A DNA stretch of 32,000 nucleotides from Patescibacteria group bacterium (GTDB lineage Bacteria > Patescibacteriota > Patescibacteriia > 2-01-FULL-39-33). The DNA is taken from contig JBAZRV010000002.1 of the NCBI GenBank assembly GCA_041662745.1, positions 150,001 to 182,000 of the forward strand, read 5' to 3'. Below the pieces are notes generated by a model that was not told the origin of the DNA, searched no databases, and saw only the letters and a program-made list of their open reading frames with translations. The position numbers and the translations under genes were made by a program. The stretch's first letter is position 1, and each line of letters begins with the position of its first letter. Shown one piece after another: positions 14,359 through 24,277 of the stretch.

Positions 14359-15510
14359 ATGAATCGTGATTTTGTTTACAATTATCTTAGCAAGCGAGTT
14401 GCCGCCTTAAACCGCGAAGATCAGGAAAAGCTGCGCGATGAGATTTTTGAATTGAAAAAAAAGGCGGCAGCCAGGTTACCCGAGTTGGTGGAAAAGGCTA
14501 AAAATAAATTGGAGCAAGCCGGCGCCAAAGTTTATGTAGTCAAAGATAATGCCGCCGCCACGGAGCTGATTAAAGAATTAGCCGGTTCCAGTTTGGCGGT
14601 TAAAAGCAAATCCAACACCTTGGATAAATTGGGATTAAAAGGAATTTTAGGGGATAAATTGACTGAAACGGATTTGGGCGCCTATATCGTCAGCCAAATC
14701 GGCGGCGACTCGGATCACCCGGTTTTGCCGGCCATTGATTTGTCAGCCGAAGAAATCGTTGCCAAATTCAAAGAACGGGGAATTGATCTGCCGGCCAAGC
14801 CCAAGGAATTGGTGGATAAATTAAAAAAAATCATTAAGGAAAAGATTTTATCCGCTGAAGTCGGATTGACCGGCGCTAACGCCGTTACCGCCGACGGGCA
14901 AATCATGCTGCTGGAGAACGAAGGCAATATTTCATTGGTCACTCGTTTACCCGGGTTGCATATTGCCGTCGCCAAGGTGGAAAAAGTCGTTGCTTCTTAC
15001 GAGGATGCGATTAAAATCGCCAAGGCCGCCGCCGTTTGGGGGACCGGCCAGAGTTGGACGTCTTACGTGTCTTTTATCGGCGGACCGTCGCAAACCGCAG
15101 ATATTGAGAATGAGTTGGTTACTGGAGTGCAGGGAGCGCAGAAGTTAATCCTGATTTTAATTGAAGGACAATCCTATCAAAAAATTGGCACGGAGTTGGA
15201 GAGTATGCTATACTGTATACATTGCGGAGCTTGTTATAATCTTTGCCCGTCCTGGAATCTGACCTTGACCATGCCTAAAGTCAGCAGTGATCAGACCAAT
15301 TTTACTTGCACTCTGTGTCAGAATTGCACCCTTAATTGCCCGGCCAGGATAGATTGGCAGAATATTACCAGGATTTATCGTGAGAAATTTACCGCCGAAG
15401 GCAAGATTAGCGCAGTTAATGCCAAAATGCTTAAGAATTTAAGGCAATATGGCAACCCTTTCGGCGAAGTTTCAGAGGGCGTCGCGCCGGATGAATTATT
15501 TTGCTGTTAA
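14359..15510 (+). CDS. LUD-domain/4Fe-4S ferredoxin-type protein (LutB-like)
   Basis: VSRLPGLHIAVAKVEKVV-type LUD segment, then CIHCGACYNLCPSW...CTLCQNCTLNCPARIDW. Confidence 0.85.
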   Translation: MNRDFVYNYLSKRVAALNREDQEKLRDEIFELKKKAAARLPELVEKAKNKLEQAGAKVYVVKDNAAATELIKELAGSSLAVKSKSNTLDKLGLKGILGDKLTETDLGAYIVSQIGGDSDHPVLPAIDLSAEEIVAKFKERGIDLPAKPKELVDKLKKIIKEKILSAEVGLTGANAVTADGQIMLLENEGNISLVTRLPGLHIAVAKVEKVVASYEDAIKIAKAAAVWGTGQSWTSYVSFIGGPSQTADIENELVTGVQGAQKLILILIEGQSYQKIGTELESMLYCIHCGACYNLCPSWNLTLTMPKVSSDQTNFTCTLCQNCTLNCPARIDWQNITRIYREKFTAEGKISAVNAKMLKNLRQYGNPFGEVSEGVAPDELFCC

Positions 15511-15527
15511 AATAGATAAATAAATTC

Positions 15528-15653
15528 ACCCTGTTAAATAATTCGCCTAGGCGAATTAAAAATCTATTGTTATAATAAGCAGATGGGATACGGGTGAAAT
15601 CTCAATAAAATTACTTCTTAACTCAATTTTAATTAATTTTTATTTAACAGGGT
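15528..15653. repeat. 126-bp intergenic element bounded by 14-bp inverted repeats, containing an 18-bp perfect palindrome
   Basis: ACCCTGTTAAATAA (15528-15541) / TTATTTAACAGGGT (15640-15653); AATTCGCCTAGGCGAATT (15540-15557). Confidence 0.75.
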
Positions 15654-15660
15654 AAACAAT

Positions 15661-16584
15661 ATGAAGAAAATTATTTCTAAAATTTCCGATTGGTGCAAGA
15701 ATGTTTGCGCCAAACGCGAGGGGCAAAGCAATTTCAAGCGCGGTTTGATAATCGGTTTGGCCGTTGCTTTGGTTATTGTCATTATTTTGGCGTTAGTTTT
15801 ATGGCTATCCGGCGTGTGGGGCGGAGGAAAAGACGATTCCCAACCGGCTAATCCTATTGCTGAGGCCAAGGTAATCGTTTTGACTTCCACGCATTGCGGC
15901 AACAAGTGCTGGGATACCAGTTTGTTTATTGACGCTTTAAAGAGCCGAAGCATCAAGATTACCGACGTAGAAACCCTTAAGGTTGATGGTTGGTGGCCCT
16001 GGAGCAAAGGCAAGGCTTTAGCCAAAAAATTGCAAGTAACCAAAGTTCCGACCGTGGTGGTGGAAACTGATTTCAGCAAGAATCCTGATTTAGCGGCTTT
16101 TTTCAGCAGCACTCTGGGTAATACTGTTGATAATCAATTTGTTTTGACTAAGATCTTGGCGCCTTACTATGATTTGGCTCTCAATAAGCTTAAGGGAGAG
16201 ATTTTGGTTACTTATTTGACTGATGAATCTTGCAAAACCTGCTATGATGTCAAAACCCATGTAACGGCTTTGGAGAATCTTGGCGTGCCGACCAGCCGAT
16301 CAAAAACCGTGGATGTTTCTTCGTCTGCCGGCAAGGCCTTGGTTGATAAGTATAAGATCACCAAAGTCCCGACCATTTTAATCAGCGGGGAAGTCAGCGA
16401 GTACCTGGTGTTTACCCAAGCTTGGGCCGATGTGGGAATTGTTGCTGATGATGGCACTTACATTTTTACCAATCTTGACTTGATGGGTGATTATAAGGAT
16501 CTGACCACGGGCAAGGAAATTAAAGCGGATGCCACTAAGGCTTCCGGCTCGGCTGCCGCTCCAATCACGGCAACTACCAAATAG
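15661..16584 (+). CDS. Membrane-anchored protein with tandem thioredoxin-like domains
   Basis: TM segment, then VLTSTHCGNKCWDTSLFIDAL...VPTVVVETDFS and LTDESCKTCYDVKTHVTAL...ITKVPTILISGE. Confidence 0.6.
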   Translation: MKKIISKISDWCKNVCAKREGQSNFKRGLIIGLAVALVIVIILALVLWLSGVWGGGKDDSQPANPIAEAKVIVLTSTHCGNKCWDTSLFIDALKSRSIKITDVETLKVDGWWPWSKGKALAKKLQVTKVPTVVVETDFSKNPDLAAFFSSTLGNTVDNQFVLTKILAPYYDLALNKLKGEILVTYLTDESCKTCYDVKTHVTALENLGVPTSRSKTVDVSSSAGKALVDKYKITKVPTILISGEVSEYLVFTQAWADVGIVADDGTYIFTNLDLMGDYKDLTTGKEIKADATKASGSAAAPITATTK

Positions 16585-16596
16585 TTAAAAAAGTTT

Positions 16597-16628
16597 TCAA
16601 CCCTGCCTCGGCAGGGTTGATTTTTTTT
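16597..16628 (+). terminator. Rho-independent terminator
   Basis: TCAACCCTGCC-TC-GGCAGGGTTGA followed by T8. Confidence 0.9.
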
Positions 16629-16659
16629 GGCTAAAGTGTTATATTTTAATCATCTGATT

Positions 16660-17349
16660 ATGAATTTATATATTGTCGCCACGCCACTGGGCAACTTAAA
16701 AGATATTACTCTGCGGGCTTTAGAGACACTTAAGTCCGTACCTTTGATTGCCTGCGAAGACACTCGCGTTTCCGGCAAGCTTTTGGCGGCTTACGATATT
16801 AAAACCAAGACCATTTCCTATCATCAGCACAGTTCGGCCGGCAAGGTTGATTTTTTGTTGGATAAGTTGGCTGAAGCGGGGGAGATGGCGGTTATTACCG
16901 ACGCCGGCACGCCGGGCATTTCCGATCCCGGCAATTTGTTAGTGGAAGCGGCGGTCAAGAGATTCGGCGACAAGTGCCGCATCATTCCCATTCCCGGTCC
17001 GTCGGCTATTATTGCCCTTCTATCCATCTCCGGGCTGCCGACCGACCGATTTGTATTTTTAGGTTTTTTGCCCCATAAAAAAGGCAAAGAAACAGCATTA
17101 AAAAAAATAATCAATAGCGAGGAAACTGTCATTTTTTACGAATCAACCCACCGCATTATCAAATCCCTGGAGAAATTAAATGAGCTGATGGCGTTGGGAG
17201 GGGAAAGCGACAGGCGAATCGTCGTAGGCCGGGAGCTGACGAAAAAATTTGAAACCGTTTATCGCGGCAATATTAAACAAATTTTAGATCAATTGAGATC
17301 CGATACCGCTAAAGGCGAGTTCGTCGCAGTGGTGGAGGGAAAAAAATAA
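16660..17349 (+). CDS. rsmI: 16S rRNA (cytidine(1402)-2'-O)-methyltransferase
   Basis: MNLYIVATPLGNLKDITLRALETLKSV..ACEDTR...PGPSA...RFVFLGFLPHKKG; ATG at 16660 preferred over the track start at 16627. Confidence 0.93.
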   Translation: MNLYIVATPLGNLKDITLRALETLKSVPLIACEDTRVSGKLLAAYDIKTKTISYHQHSSAGKVDFLLDKLAEAGEMAVITDAGTPGISDPGNLLVEAAVKRFGDKCRIIPIPGPSAIIALLSISGLPTDRFVFLGFLPHKKGKETALKKIINSEETVIFYESTHRIIKSLEKLNELMALGGESDRRIVVGRELTKKFETVYRGNIKQILDQLRSDTAKGEFVAVVEGKK

Positions 17350-17350
17350 T

Positions 17351-18853
17351 ATGTCCAAGTTTTATATCACAACGCCAATCTATTATTCCAACGCTGAACC
17401 GCATATCGGTTCGGCTTATCCGACGGTTGCCGCCGATGTTTTGGCTCGCTATCACCGTTTGCGCGGCGAAGAAGTTTATTATCTGACTGGCGTAGACGAG
17501 CACGGCCAGAAAATGTCCGATTCGGCCGCGGCCGCAAACAAATCGCCTCAGGAATTTTGCGATGCTATGGCGGCTAAATGGCAATTCGCCTGGGATGCGC
17601 TTGATATTTCCAATGATGATTTTATCCGGACCACTTCCGATCGCCACAAAGACGGGGTTAGCAAATTGTTATTAAAATTAAGGGAGGCCGAGGCGATTTA
17701 CGAAGGGAAATATGAGGGTTATTATTGCAAGGGTTGCGAGGCTTTTGTGACGGAAAAGGACTTGGTTGACGGCAATTGTCCGGTGCATCAAAGCAAGCCG
17801 GAACTGATTGAAGAAAAGAATTATTTTTTTAATTTAAGGAAATACTTGCCGGCAGTGGAACGGTTGATTGATACTGATCAAATCAGGATTCTGCCTGCCA
17901 GCAAAAAGAAAGAAGTGCTGGGCCTGTTTAAGCAGGAATTATCCGACTTTTCCATTTCCCGCCAGAATCTCAAGTGGGGCATACCTCTGCCTTGGGATCC
18001 GACGCAGGTTGCTTATGTTTGGGCTGACGCCTTAAGCAATTATATTAACGCCCTGGGATACGGCTCCAGCGACGAGTCCAAGTTAGACAAGTTTTGGCCG
18101 GTTGATGTTCATGTCATCGGCAAGGATATTATTAAGTTTCATTGCATTTTCTGGCCGGCAATGCTTTTGGCCGCCGAAATCCAACCGCCTCAGGTTGTTT
18201 TTGCCCATGGATTTTTTACGGTTGACGGGCAGAAAATGGGTAAATCCCTGGGTAATATTATTGATCCGTTAGAGCTGATTAAAGGCTTTGGCGCCGATGC
18301 CGTCAGATATTTGTTGTTGTCTCAATTCCCGTTTGGGCAGGATGGCGATATCAAAGCGGACAAGTTCGTTACTCAATATAATTCCGATTTAGCCAACGGC
18401 ATAGGCAATTTCGCCTCTCGCGTCACGGCAATGGCGGAAAAGTATTTTACCGGCTTAGTGCTCGGCCGTGACAGTGAATTAAAGGCGGCAACGGAAAATA
18501 TTATCGGGCAGTATAATCAAGCCATGAGCGATTTTTTGCCCGATAACGGCATTGAAGCGGTCAAGGCCCTGGTGGCCCTGGGCGACGCTTACGTAGAAAA
18601 AAACAAGCCCTGGGAATTGGCCAAGACTGATATTAAAAGATTAGAAGAAGTGATTTATAATTTGTTGGAATTATTGCGCCATGTCGGAGTCCTGCTCTGG
18701 CCGATTATGCCGGAAACGGCGGAAAAGATATTGGCAGCTTTGGGACAAGGCGATTTCTTCGGCCAAGATTATAAAACCTTGACCGTGTGGGGACTACTGG
18801 AACCTCAAAGCAAAGTGGAAAAAATCGCCGGCTTGTTTCCTCGCATCCAATAA
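17351..18853 (+). CDS. metG: Methionyl-tRNA synthetase
   Basis: FYITTPIYYSNAEPHIGSAY...GVDEHGQK...KMGKSLGNIIDP. Confidence 0.96.
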   Translation: MSKFYITTPIYYSNAEPHIGSAYPTVAADVLARYHRLRGEEVYYLTGVDEHGQKMSDSAAAANKSPQEFCDAMAAKWQFAWDALDISNDDFIRTTSDRHKDGVSKLLLKLREAEAIYEGKYEGYYCKGCEAFVTEKDLVDGNCPVHQSKPELIEEKNYFFNLRKYLPAVERLIDTDQIRILPASKKKEVLGLFKQELSDFSISRQNLKWGIPLPWDPTQVAYVWADALSNYINALGYGSSDESKLDKFWPVDVHVIGKDIIKFHCIFWPAMLLAAEIQPPQVVFAHGFFTVDGQKMGKSLGNIIDPLELIKGFGADAVRYLLLSQFPFGQDGDIKADKFVTQYNSDLANGIGNFASRVTAMAEKYFTGLVLGRDSELKAATENIIGQYNQAMSDFLPDNGIEAVKALVALGDAYVEKNKPWELAKTDIKRLEEVIYNLLELLRHVGVLLWPIMPETAEKILAALGQGDFFGQDYKTLTVWGLLEPQSKVEKIAGLFPRIQ

Positions 18854-18939
18854 TATTTAACTATAAGCTTTTGGCTGTTTGCTTATTATTCCACTCACTG
18901 TTTCCATAAGCTATATGCCATAAGCCATAAGCTATTCTT

Positions 18940-19461
18940 ATGATTTTCACGCTTGCCGATGTCATTTTAATCATTATTATTTTGATTTTCGTGATGTGGG
19001 GCTTTGTCATGGGCCTGATACGCACGATTGGCGCTTTAGTCGGCATGATTTTTGGCACTTGGGTGGCCGGCCGTTATTTTATGCCGGTAGCCGATTGGCT
19101 GACGCCGGTATTGATGGGCCATGCCATTGCCGCCAAGATTATCGCTTTTTTGTTTGTTTTTGCCGCAGTGAATCGCTTAACAGTTTTACTGTTTTACCTG
19201 ATTGATCGCGGCTTCAAGTTGATTTCCATCATTCCCTTTTTGGGGTCATTGAATCGTCTCGGCGGCGCGCTTTTGGGGTTGGTTGAAGGCGTTTTGACTT
19301 CCGGCATTATCATCTTCGTTTTAGCCAAAATTGCTCCCGATATTTCTTTGATTAAGGACTCTCTGGCTAACTCGCAAGTAGCGTACTGGCTGGTTTTGTC
19401 GGCTACTTGGCTGACTAAGCTTCTGCCTGAAGCGTTTAATAGAATCCAGTCAATATTTTAA
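18940..19461 (+). CDS. CvpA family membrane protein
   Basis: ADVILIIIILIFVMWGFVMGLIRTIGALVGMIFG...FLGSLNRLGGALLGLVEG. Confidence 0.85.
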   Translation: MIFTLADVILIIIILIFVMWGFVMGLIRTIGALVGMIFGTWVAGRYFMPVADWLTPVLMGHAIAAKIIAFLFVFAAVNRLTVLLFYLIDRGFKLISIIPFLGSLNRLGGALLGLVEGVLTSGIIIFVLAKIAPDISLIKDSLANSQVAYWLVLSATWLTKLLPEAFNRIQSIF

Positions 19462-19464
19462 GGT

Positions 19465-20340
19465 ATGTTGGTAGATTCCCATTGCCATTTGAATTTTATT
19501 TCTTTTAGAGATGACGCCACCGCGGTGGCGGCTGATTTTTTGTCATCCAATTACGCCTTGTTGAACGTAGGGGCGCAATATTCCACTTCCGAACGGGCGA
19601 TCAAGCTGGCAGAAAAATTCCCGCGCGGGGTTTATGCCGTAATCGGCTTGCATCCGCTTCATTTAATGGAGGCGGGAGAAGAAACTGTTATTATTGACGG
19701 CAAACCGCAGACTTTTAAGACTGCGCTAGAAGATTTTGATGCTGATAAGTATCGCCAGTTAGCCCGGTCTTCCAAGAAGATTGTGGCTTTCGGCGAAACC
19801 GGATTGGATTATTTTTATTTCGGTAAATTTTCCACGGCAGAAATCGCGTCATTAAAAATAAAGCAGGAGCAGGCCTTTCGCGGCTTTATCGCCTTGGCTG
19901 AAGAGTTTAATCTGCCGTTAGTTATCCATACTCGGGGATCGGTTGCCGATCCGACTGACGCTTACGATGATATTTTGCGTATTCTGCGAGATGAAATCGG
20001 TTCCGGCAGAAAGGTTCAGGGGGTGGTGCATTGTTTCGGCGGCAATAGTGAACAAGCCAAGGAATTCCTGCAACTGGGTTTATATTTGGGTTTTACCGGT
20101 ATCATAACATTCAAAAAAAAATCCGAGGAAGCGCAACAAATCGTCCGGGAGACCCCGCTTGAGAGGATTTTGGTTGAAACCGATGCGCCCTTTTTGTCGC
20201 CGGAGCCGTATCGCGGAGCCAGGAATATTCCGCAGTACGTGGAATTTGTAGCTAAAAAAGTCGCGCAACTTAAAGATTTGCCGTATGGCGAGGTGGCCGA
20301 AGCCACGACCCGAAACGCCAAAAAATTATTCGGCATTTGA
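19465..20340 (+). CDS. tatD: TatD family metal-dependent hydrolase
   Basis: MLVDSHCHLNF...GLHPLH...GETGLDYF...HTRG...HCFGG...ETDAPFLSP. Confidence 0.95.
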   Translation: MLVDSHCHLNFISFRDDATAVAADFLSSNYALLNVGAQYSTSERAIKLAEKFPRGVYAVIGLHPLHLMEAGEETVIIDGKPQTFKTALEDFDADKYRQLARSSKKIVAFGETGLDYFYFGKFSTAEIASLKIKQEQAFRGFIALAEEFNLPLVIHTRGSVADPTDAYDDILRILRDEIGSGRKVQGVVHCFGGNSEQAKEFLQLGLYLGFTGIITFKKKSEEAQQIVRETPLERILVETDAPFLSPEPYRGARNIPQYVEFVAKKVAQLKDLPYGEVAEATTRNAKKLFGI

Positions 20341-20346
20341 CGTTTA

Positions 20347-22136
20347 TGATTATTTATTTAATCCTATCGCTTGCTTGGCTGCTTATTTCAACCTATTTTG
20401 CCGGTAGAATTATTTTGCGAATCCTTCCCGTTAACCGGCAATTGGCTACGATATTGGGAATTTTTTTCAGTTTAGCCGTTTTGTCGCTGATCGCTAATAT
20501 TTTTACGGCTTGGCTGGCCTTAGCCGATATTTTTATTATCAGCGCTTTTGCTGTTTCTTTGCTTTTGTTGGTCGGCTTATATCTTTATTATGCTAGACTG
20601 CCCGTATTGGACACCGCTATGCGAGCGGGCGGTGAACCGTTTTTGCCCTCTTATTTCAGCTACGCCGCTATTTTATTCGTTTTGGCTATCATTGGCGGTT
20701 ATTTTGTTTCTGCCGGCATTAGCGGTGGCGCCTTAACGAGCCCCTGGCAGGTTATTAATCCGTTGTTTTTGGCTGTCGTTTTTGTTTGTTCTTTGGCCGT
20801 CCTGTATTTATCGCAGAGCCGTCTGCCTTTGGCGGCGGCGTTATTTTCCGTCCTGGTCTTTTCCTTGTTGATCCATTCTTATTTGCTGGTTTATCCCAAT
20901 GGTTTCGGCGGCGATCGTTTTCGCCATCTCGGGTCGGAATACCGCTTATTGTCGGGATTGGAATATCAGCCAACGCTATTGGCCAGGGATGTGTGGTATG
21001 TCAACGTCGGCGGAATAAAAATTCCCCAGGCTTTGGTTGATCCGGCCAAGTTGTCTTATGGCGCTCAGTGGTCGCTGGAAGTCGTTGTCTCCAAAATAAC
21101 TTCAATTGACGTGTTCCAACTCAATCGCTTTCTTTTGCCGCTTTTTTGGTCTTTATTTTTGCCGTTGATTATTTTTGTCAGCGCTTTATTGCTATATCCC
21201 AATCGGCAATTCGCTTTGCTGTCCGCCGTTTTAAGTTCCGGTTTTTATTTATGGCAATATTACGGCGGGCAGGGCTTGCCGGCGACTTGGGGCTTGCTTA
21301 ACTTCGCTTTCGGCGCCATGTTTTGGCTGGCTTACTTGAGGCGTCCAAACGGCAAAACGCCCCTTCTGGCCATGATTTTTACGGCGCTTAATTATTTTAA
21401 TTATTCTTTGGCCTTTATTTTGCTGTTAATTTTCGGTGCTTTGTCCTTGGCCGCCCAAAAACGCGGTTGGTTGCCGGTTGTGGCCTTGTTGGCGCTGGCA
21501 GGACTGGTGGCCTTGGATTTTGTTTCCAGCCGGCAAATCAGTTTTCAGTTGGGTAATTTATACCAAGCTTGGACCGCCGGCAATTTGTGGTACTTCAATT
21601 CCGGCTTAAGACTGTGGCCGCAGTGGGGCCTGGCGCCTAAGATTTTTGATTTGCTTGTGGCCGCCGTTTTTATTTTTATTTATTTGATTTCCCTGGTTGT
21701 TGCCTGGCAACGCAATGATCCGGCCTGGCGTTTGATTTCTTATTTTTCCTTGGTTGTCCTAGGCGCTTATTTCATTAGCTGGGGATTCCTGACCGGTGAA
21801 CATTTATTGGCGCGCCGTTTAACGCTTTTTGCGGTTTTCCCCATTCTTTTATTATTTTGCCAGTTGCTTAGCTCGGTTATTAGAAAAAGGCGTCAAGCGG
21901 AATTGGCCGTAGTTGTTTTGGCTTTGCTGATCGTTGCCAATTATTATTCCGGCCCCGTTATGGATCTGACGGTAACTGATGCCGATTGGCAGAAAGCTCA
22001 GGCCGTCTGGCAAGAAATAAAATCCTTGCCGGAAAAGCCGTGTGTTAAAGAGCCTTTGCCGGTAATCTTGGCCTTAGAGGCTGTTTCCGCCAAGGAATTC
22101 CAAGAAACAACAAATAATATTATTTGCGACAAATAA
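20347..22136 (+). CDS. Multi-pass membrane protein, glycosyltransferase-like
   Basis: Many hydrophobic helices; start codon uncertain (track ORF begins 20337). Confidence 0.65.
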
Positions 22137-22174
22137 ATCATCAGTTTGTTACTTTTAATTCATAATCAAATCAT

Positions 22175-22582
22175 ATGGACTGCATCTTTTGTAAAATCAT
22201 TGCCGGAGAAATTCCCTCGGCCAAAGTTTACGAGGACGATAATTTTTTGGCTTTTCTGGATATCGCCCCGGTCAATCCGGGACATACTTTGATTATTCCC
22301 AAGACCCACCGCGAAACATTGCTGGACCTGCCGGCCGCTGATGCTTGTCGGCTTTTGGGCTTAGTGCAAAAGATTGCGCCGGCGGTTTTGTCGGCGACCG
22401 GAACCAAGGCCTTCAATTTGATGCTTAATAACGGTCCGGCGTCGGGCCAAGTTGTCGGTCATGCGCATTTTCATATCGTGCCTCGGTTTGAAGGCGACGG
22501 CTTGAAACTTTGGCCGGGCCGGGAAGATGAGCCGGGCCGGCAACAGGAATTAGCGGAAAAAATTAAAACGCAAATAAGTTAA
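22175..22582 (+). CDS. HIT family protein
   Basis: CIFCKIIAGEIPSAKVYED...HTLIIPKTHRETL...GQVVGHAHFHIVPR. Confidence 0.95.
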   Translation: MDCIFCKIIAGEIPSAKVYEDDNFLAFLDIAPVNPGHTLIIPKTHRETLLDLPAADACRLLGLVQKIAPAVLSATGTKAFNLMLNNGPASGQVVGHAHFHIVPRFEGDGLKLWPGREDEPGRQQELAEKIKTQIS

Positions 22583-22631
22583 GACAAAAGAAAAAAGACG
22601 GATTAATTTCCGTCTTTTGAGTTAAAAAAAG

Positions 22632-22678
22632 AAAGCCCGCACAATGTCGTACAGGATTTACTGTAGAAATTGTGCGGG
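22632..22678 (-). terminator. Minus-strand terminator-like hairpin
   Basis: On the minus strand: CCCGCACAAT...ATTGTGCGGG followed by CTTTCTTTTTTT. Confidence 0.65.
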
Positions 22679-22685
22679 TTATTGT

Positions 22686-22874
22686 TTATGCTTTTACGCC
22701 AGCAAACCATACTTCTTTGCCATTATACTCTCCGACATTAAGGTTGACAACCATACCGCGAAATGGATTGTTAGTGTCTACCTTAAGAAATCTTTCGCCG
22801 TTAATTCTTAGCCCGAAGTAGGCGCTACGATACCAGTCATCTCCTCCTTTCCAAAGCAGAGCGTCAGATAATTT
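22686..22874 (-). pseudogene. Candidate unannotated small ORF or gene remnant
   Basis: Minus-strand frame: KLSDALLWKGGDDWYRSAYFGLRINGERFLKVDTNNPFRGMVVNLNVGEYNGKEVWFAGVKA*, followed by a terminator; no upstream ATG in this frame. Confidence 0.35.
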
Positions 22875-22973
22875 TCACGAGCGGAATAAAAAATGTGGCC
22901 ATGATTTTCAGCGGTCGCGACTTTTACGCCATTTTTCTAGAAAAGTGGCAGAAAGAAAAGTATTAGATTATAA

Positions 22974-23004
22974 CCTGGATTCCTGGTCAAGCCAGGAATG
23001 ACAA
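22974..23004. repeat. Intergenic copy of the dispersed palindromic repeat
   Basis: AACCTGG-ATTCCTGG-TCAAG-CCAGGAAT-GAC. Confidence 0.8.
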
Positions 23005-23064
23005 AAATAACAGAGATCCAGGATAATTTGATTACAAATTTCCGGGATGACAAATAGAAAAGAA

Positions 23065-23090
23065 AAACACCATCCTATTCGGGACGGTGT
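23065..23090 (-). terminator. Minus-strand terminator for the REC-like gene
   Basis: On the minus strand: AACACCGTCC-CGAATA-GGATGGTGTT followed by TTCTTTTC. Confidence 0.6.
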
Positions 23091-23101
23091 TTAGTTGTTC
23101 T

Positions 23102-23533
23102 TTATTTTGGCTCTTCGGTTTCGGTCTGGGTTTCCTGCAGGCATTCCAGCGCATTGAGCAACGACGATGAGCCGTTGATTTTGTCAACTACGCAGACAAT
23201 GCCGTATTGGTATAGCTGCTCATCGTCAAAAAAGTAACTGTAATTGCGCCAAGTCAGGGCGATTACCGGCGGCAGGGTCAGGCCTTGTTCCCGCCATTTT
23301 GCCAGGAGTTTCAAACCGCTCAAGGCTCCCGGGCCATTGCTCAGTTCATCTAATGGCATTTCGGGTTCAATAACGATGGCATCAAAGCCATCCCTGGCTA
23401 ATATCTCTCCGGCTTTTTCCAGTTCGGTTCGGGACATATCGCTGGCGTGTACGATGTAACCGGCATCATTAAGCTCTCGCTTCAGCGCCGATCGGGCTTC
23501 ATTGTCAAATTCTATCAAAAGCAACCTGTTCAT
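23102..23533 (-). CDS. Response-regulator receiver-like protein
   Basis: LLIEFDNEARSALKRELNDAGYIVHASD...ARDGFDAIVIEPEMP; CheY-like pattern. Confidence 0.6.
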   Translation of the reverse strand: MNRLLLIEFDNEARSALKRELNDAGYIVHASDMSRTELEKAGEILARDGFDAIVIEPEMPLDELSNGPGALSGLKLLAKWREQGLTLPPVIALTWRNYSYFFDDEQLYQYGIVCVVDKINGSSSLLNALECLQETQTETEEPK

Positions 23534-23571
23534 AGTGTTTTCCCTTATCGGTTTAAGATCATTGACCTGTT

Positions 23572-24147
23572 TTAAAACGATTGGCCTCTTTTGAAGCGTG
23601 GAATTCTACGGTCGTAGGGAAGGGGGATGATCGGTATGCCGGCCGCTTCAAGCATAATCTTACTGACGCGGTGCTTTTCCGCCCAAGTCGCCTGATAGCC
23701 GGGGTCGCCGAGCGAGTCCCAGTCCTGATCAATATAAATTGCAGCGATGCCGCTTCCGACAATCACTTTGGCGCATTCGGAACAGGGCAGGCCGTTGGTA
23801 AAAAGATGGCAACCCCGCAAAGATCGGCCGAGGCGGGCGGCGGTGCAAATAGCGTTAACTTCAGCATGAATAATCCAAAGGTATTTTTCCGGGCGTTCCA
23901 GCATGGCCGGAGTAATATTTACACCGCGAGGAAAAAGATTGCAACCGACAGAAACTATCCTTTTTTTAATATCAGCCGGAAAAAGACATCTGCTAAAATT
24001 AAAATCAGGCTGGAGTATGACTGCCCCGATATGCGTATTCGGGTCATTGCTGTTAGCCGCGCATAAATACATGGTATCCATGATAAAATCAATTCCCGTT
24101 TCAGACATTTTTCTTTTCCGCTCTTCTAACCCCGCTGATTGCAACAT
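23572..24147 (-). CDS. dCMP deaminase-like cytidine/deoxycytidylate deaminase
   Basis: HAEVNAICTAARLGRSLRGCHLFTNGLPCSECAKVIVGSGI (HAE and PCxxC zinc motifs). Confidence 0.85.
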   Translation of the reverse strand: MLQSAGLEERKRKMSETGIDFIMDTMYLCAANSNDPNTHIGAVILQPDFNFSRCLFPADIKKRIVSVGCNLFPRGVNITPAMLERPEKYLWIIHAEVNAICTAARLGRSLRGCHLFTNGLPCSECAKVIVGSGIAAIYIDQDWDSLGDPGYQATWAEKHRVSKIMLEAAGIPIIPLPYDRRIPRFKRGQSF

Positions 24148-24277
24148 CTGTGTTTCTCCCTTTTGATCAGTTTTTTGCTGTTTTAAGGTTCCTTGATCAT
24201 CCTATGATAACTCAAAAACCGCCGTTTGTCAAGAGTGGCGGTTTATTCTATGTTTTTATGGATTTTTATTAGACTTA

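Noticed and set aside
18861-19058. Minus-strand ORF and AT-rich ATAAGCT/CCATAAGC mini-repeats before the CvpA gene
   Set aside because: Short degenerate repeats without consistent period or structure, and the ORF is antisense to the cvpA start.
20548-21040. Small plus-strand and minus-strand ORFs inside the membrane protein gene
   Set aside because: Out-of-frame or antisense to a long, well-formed multi-TM coding region.
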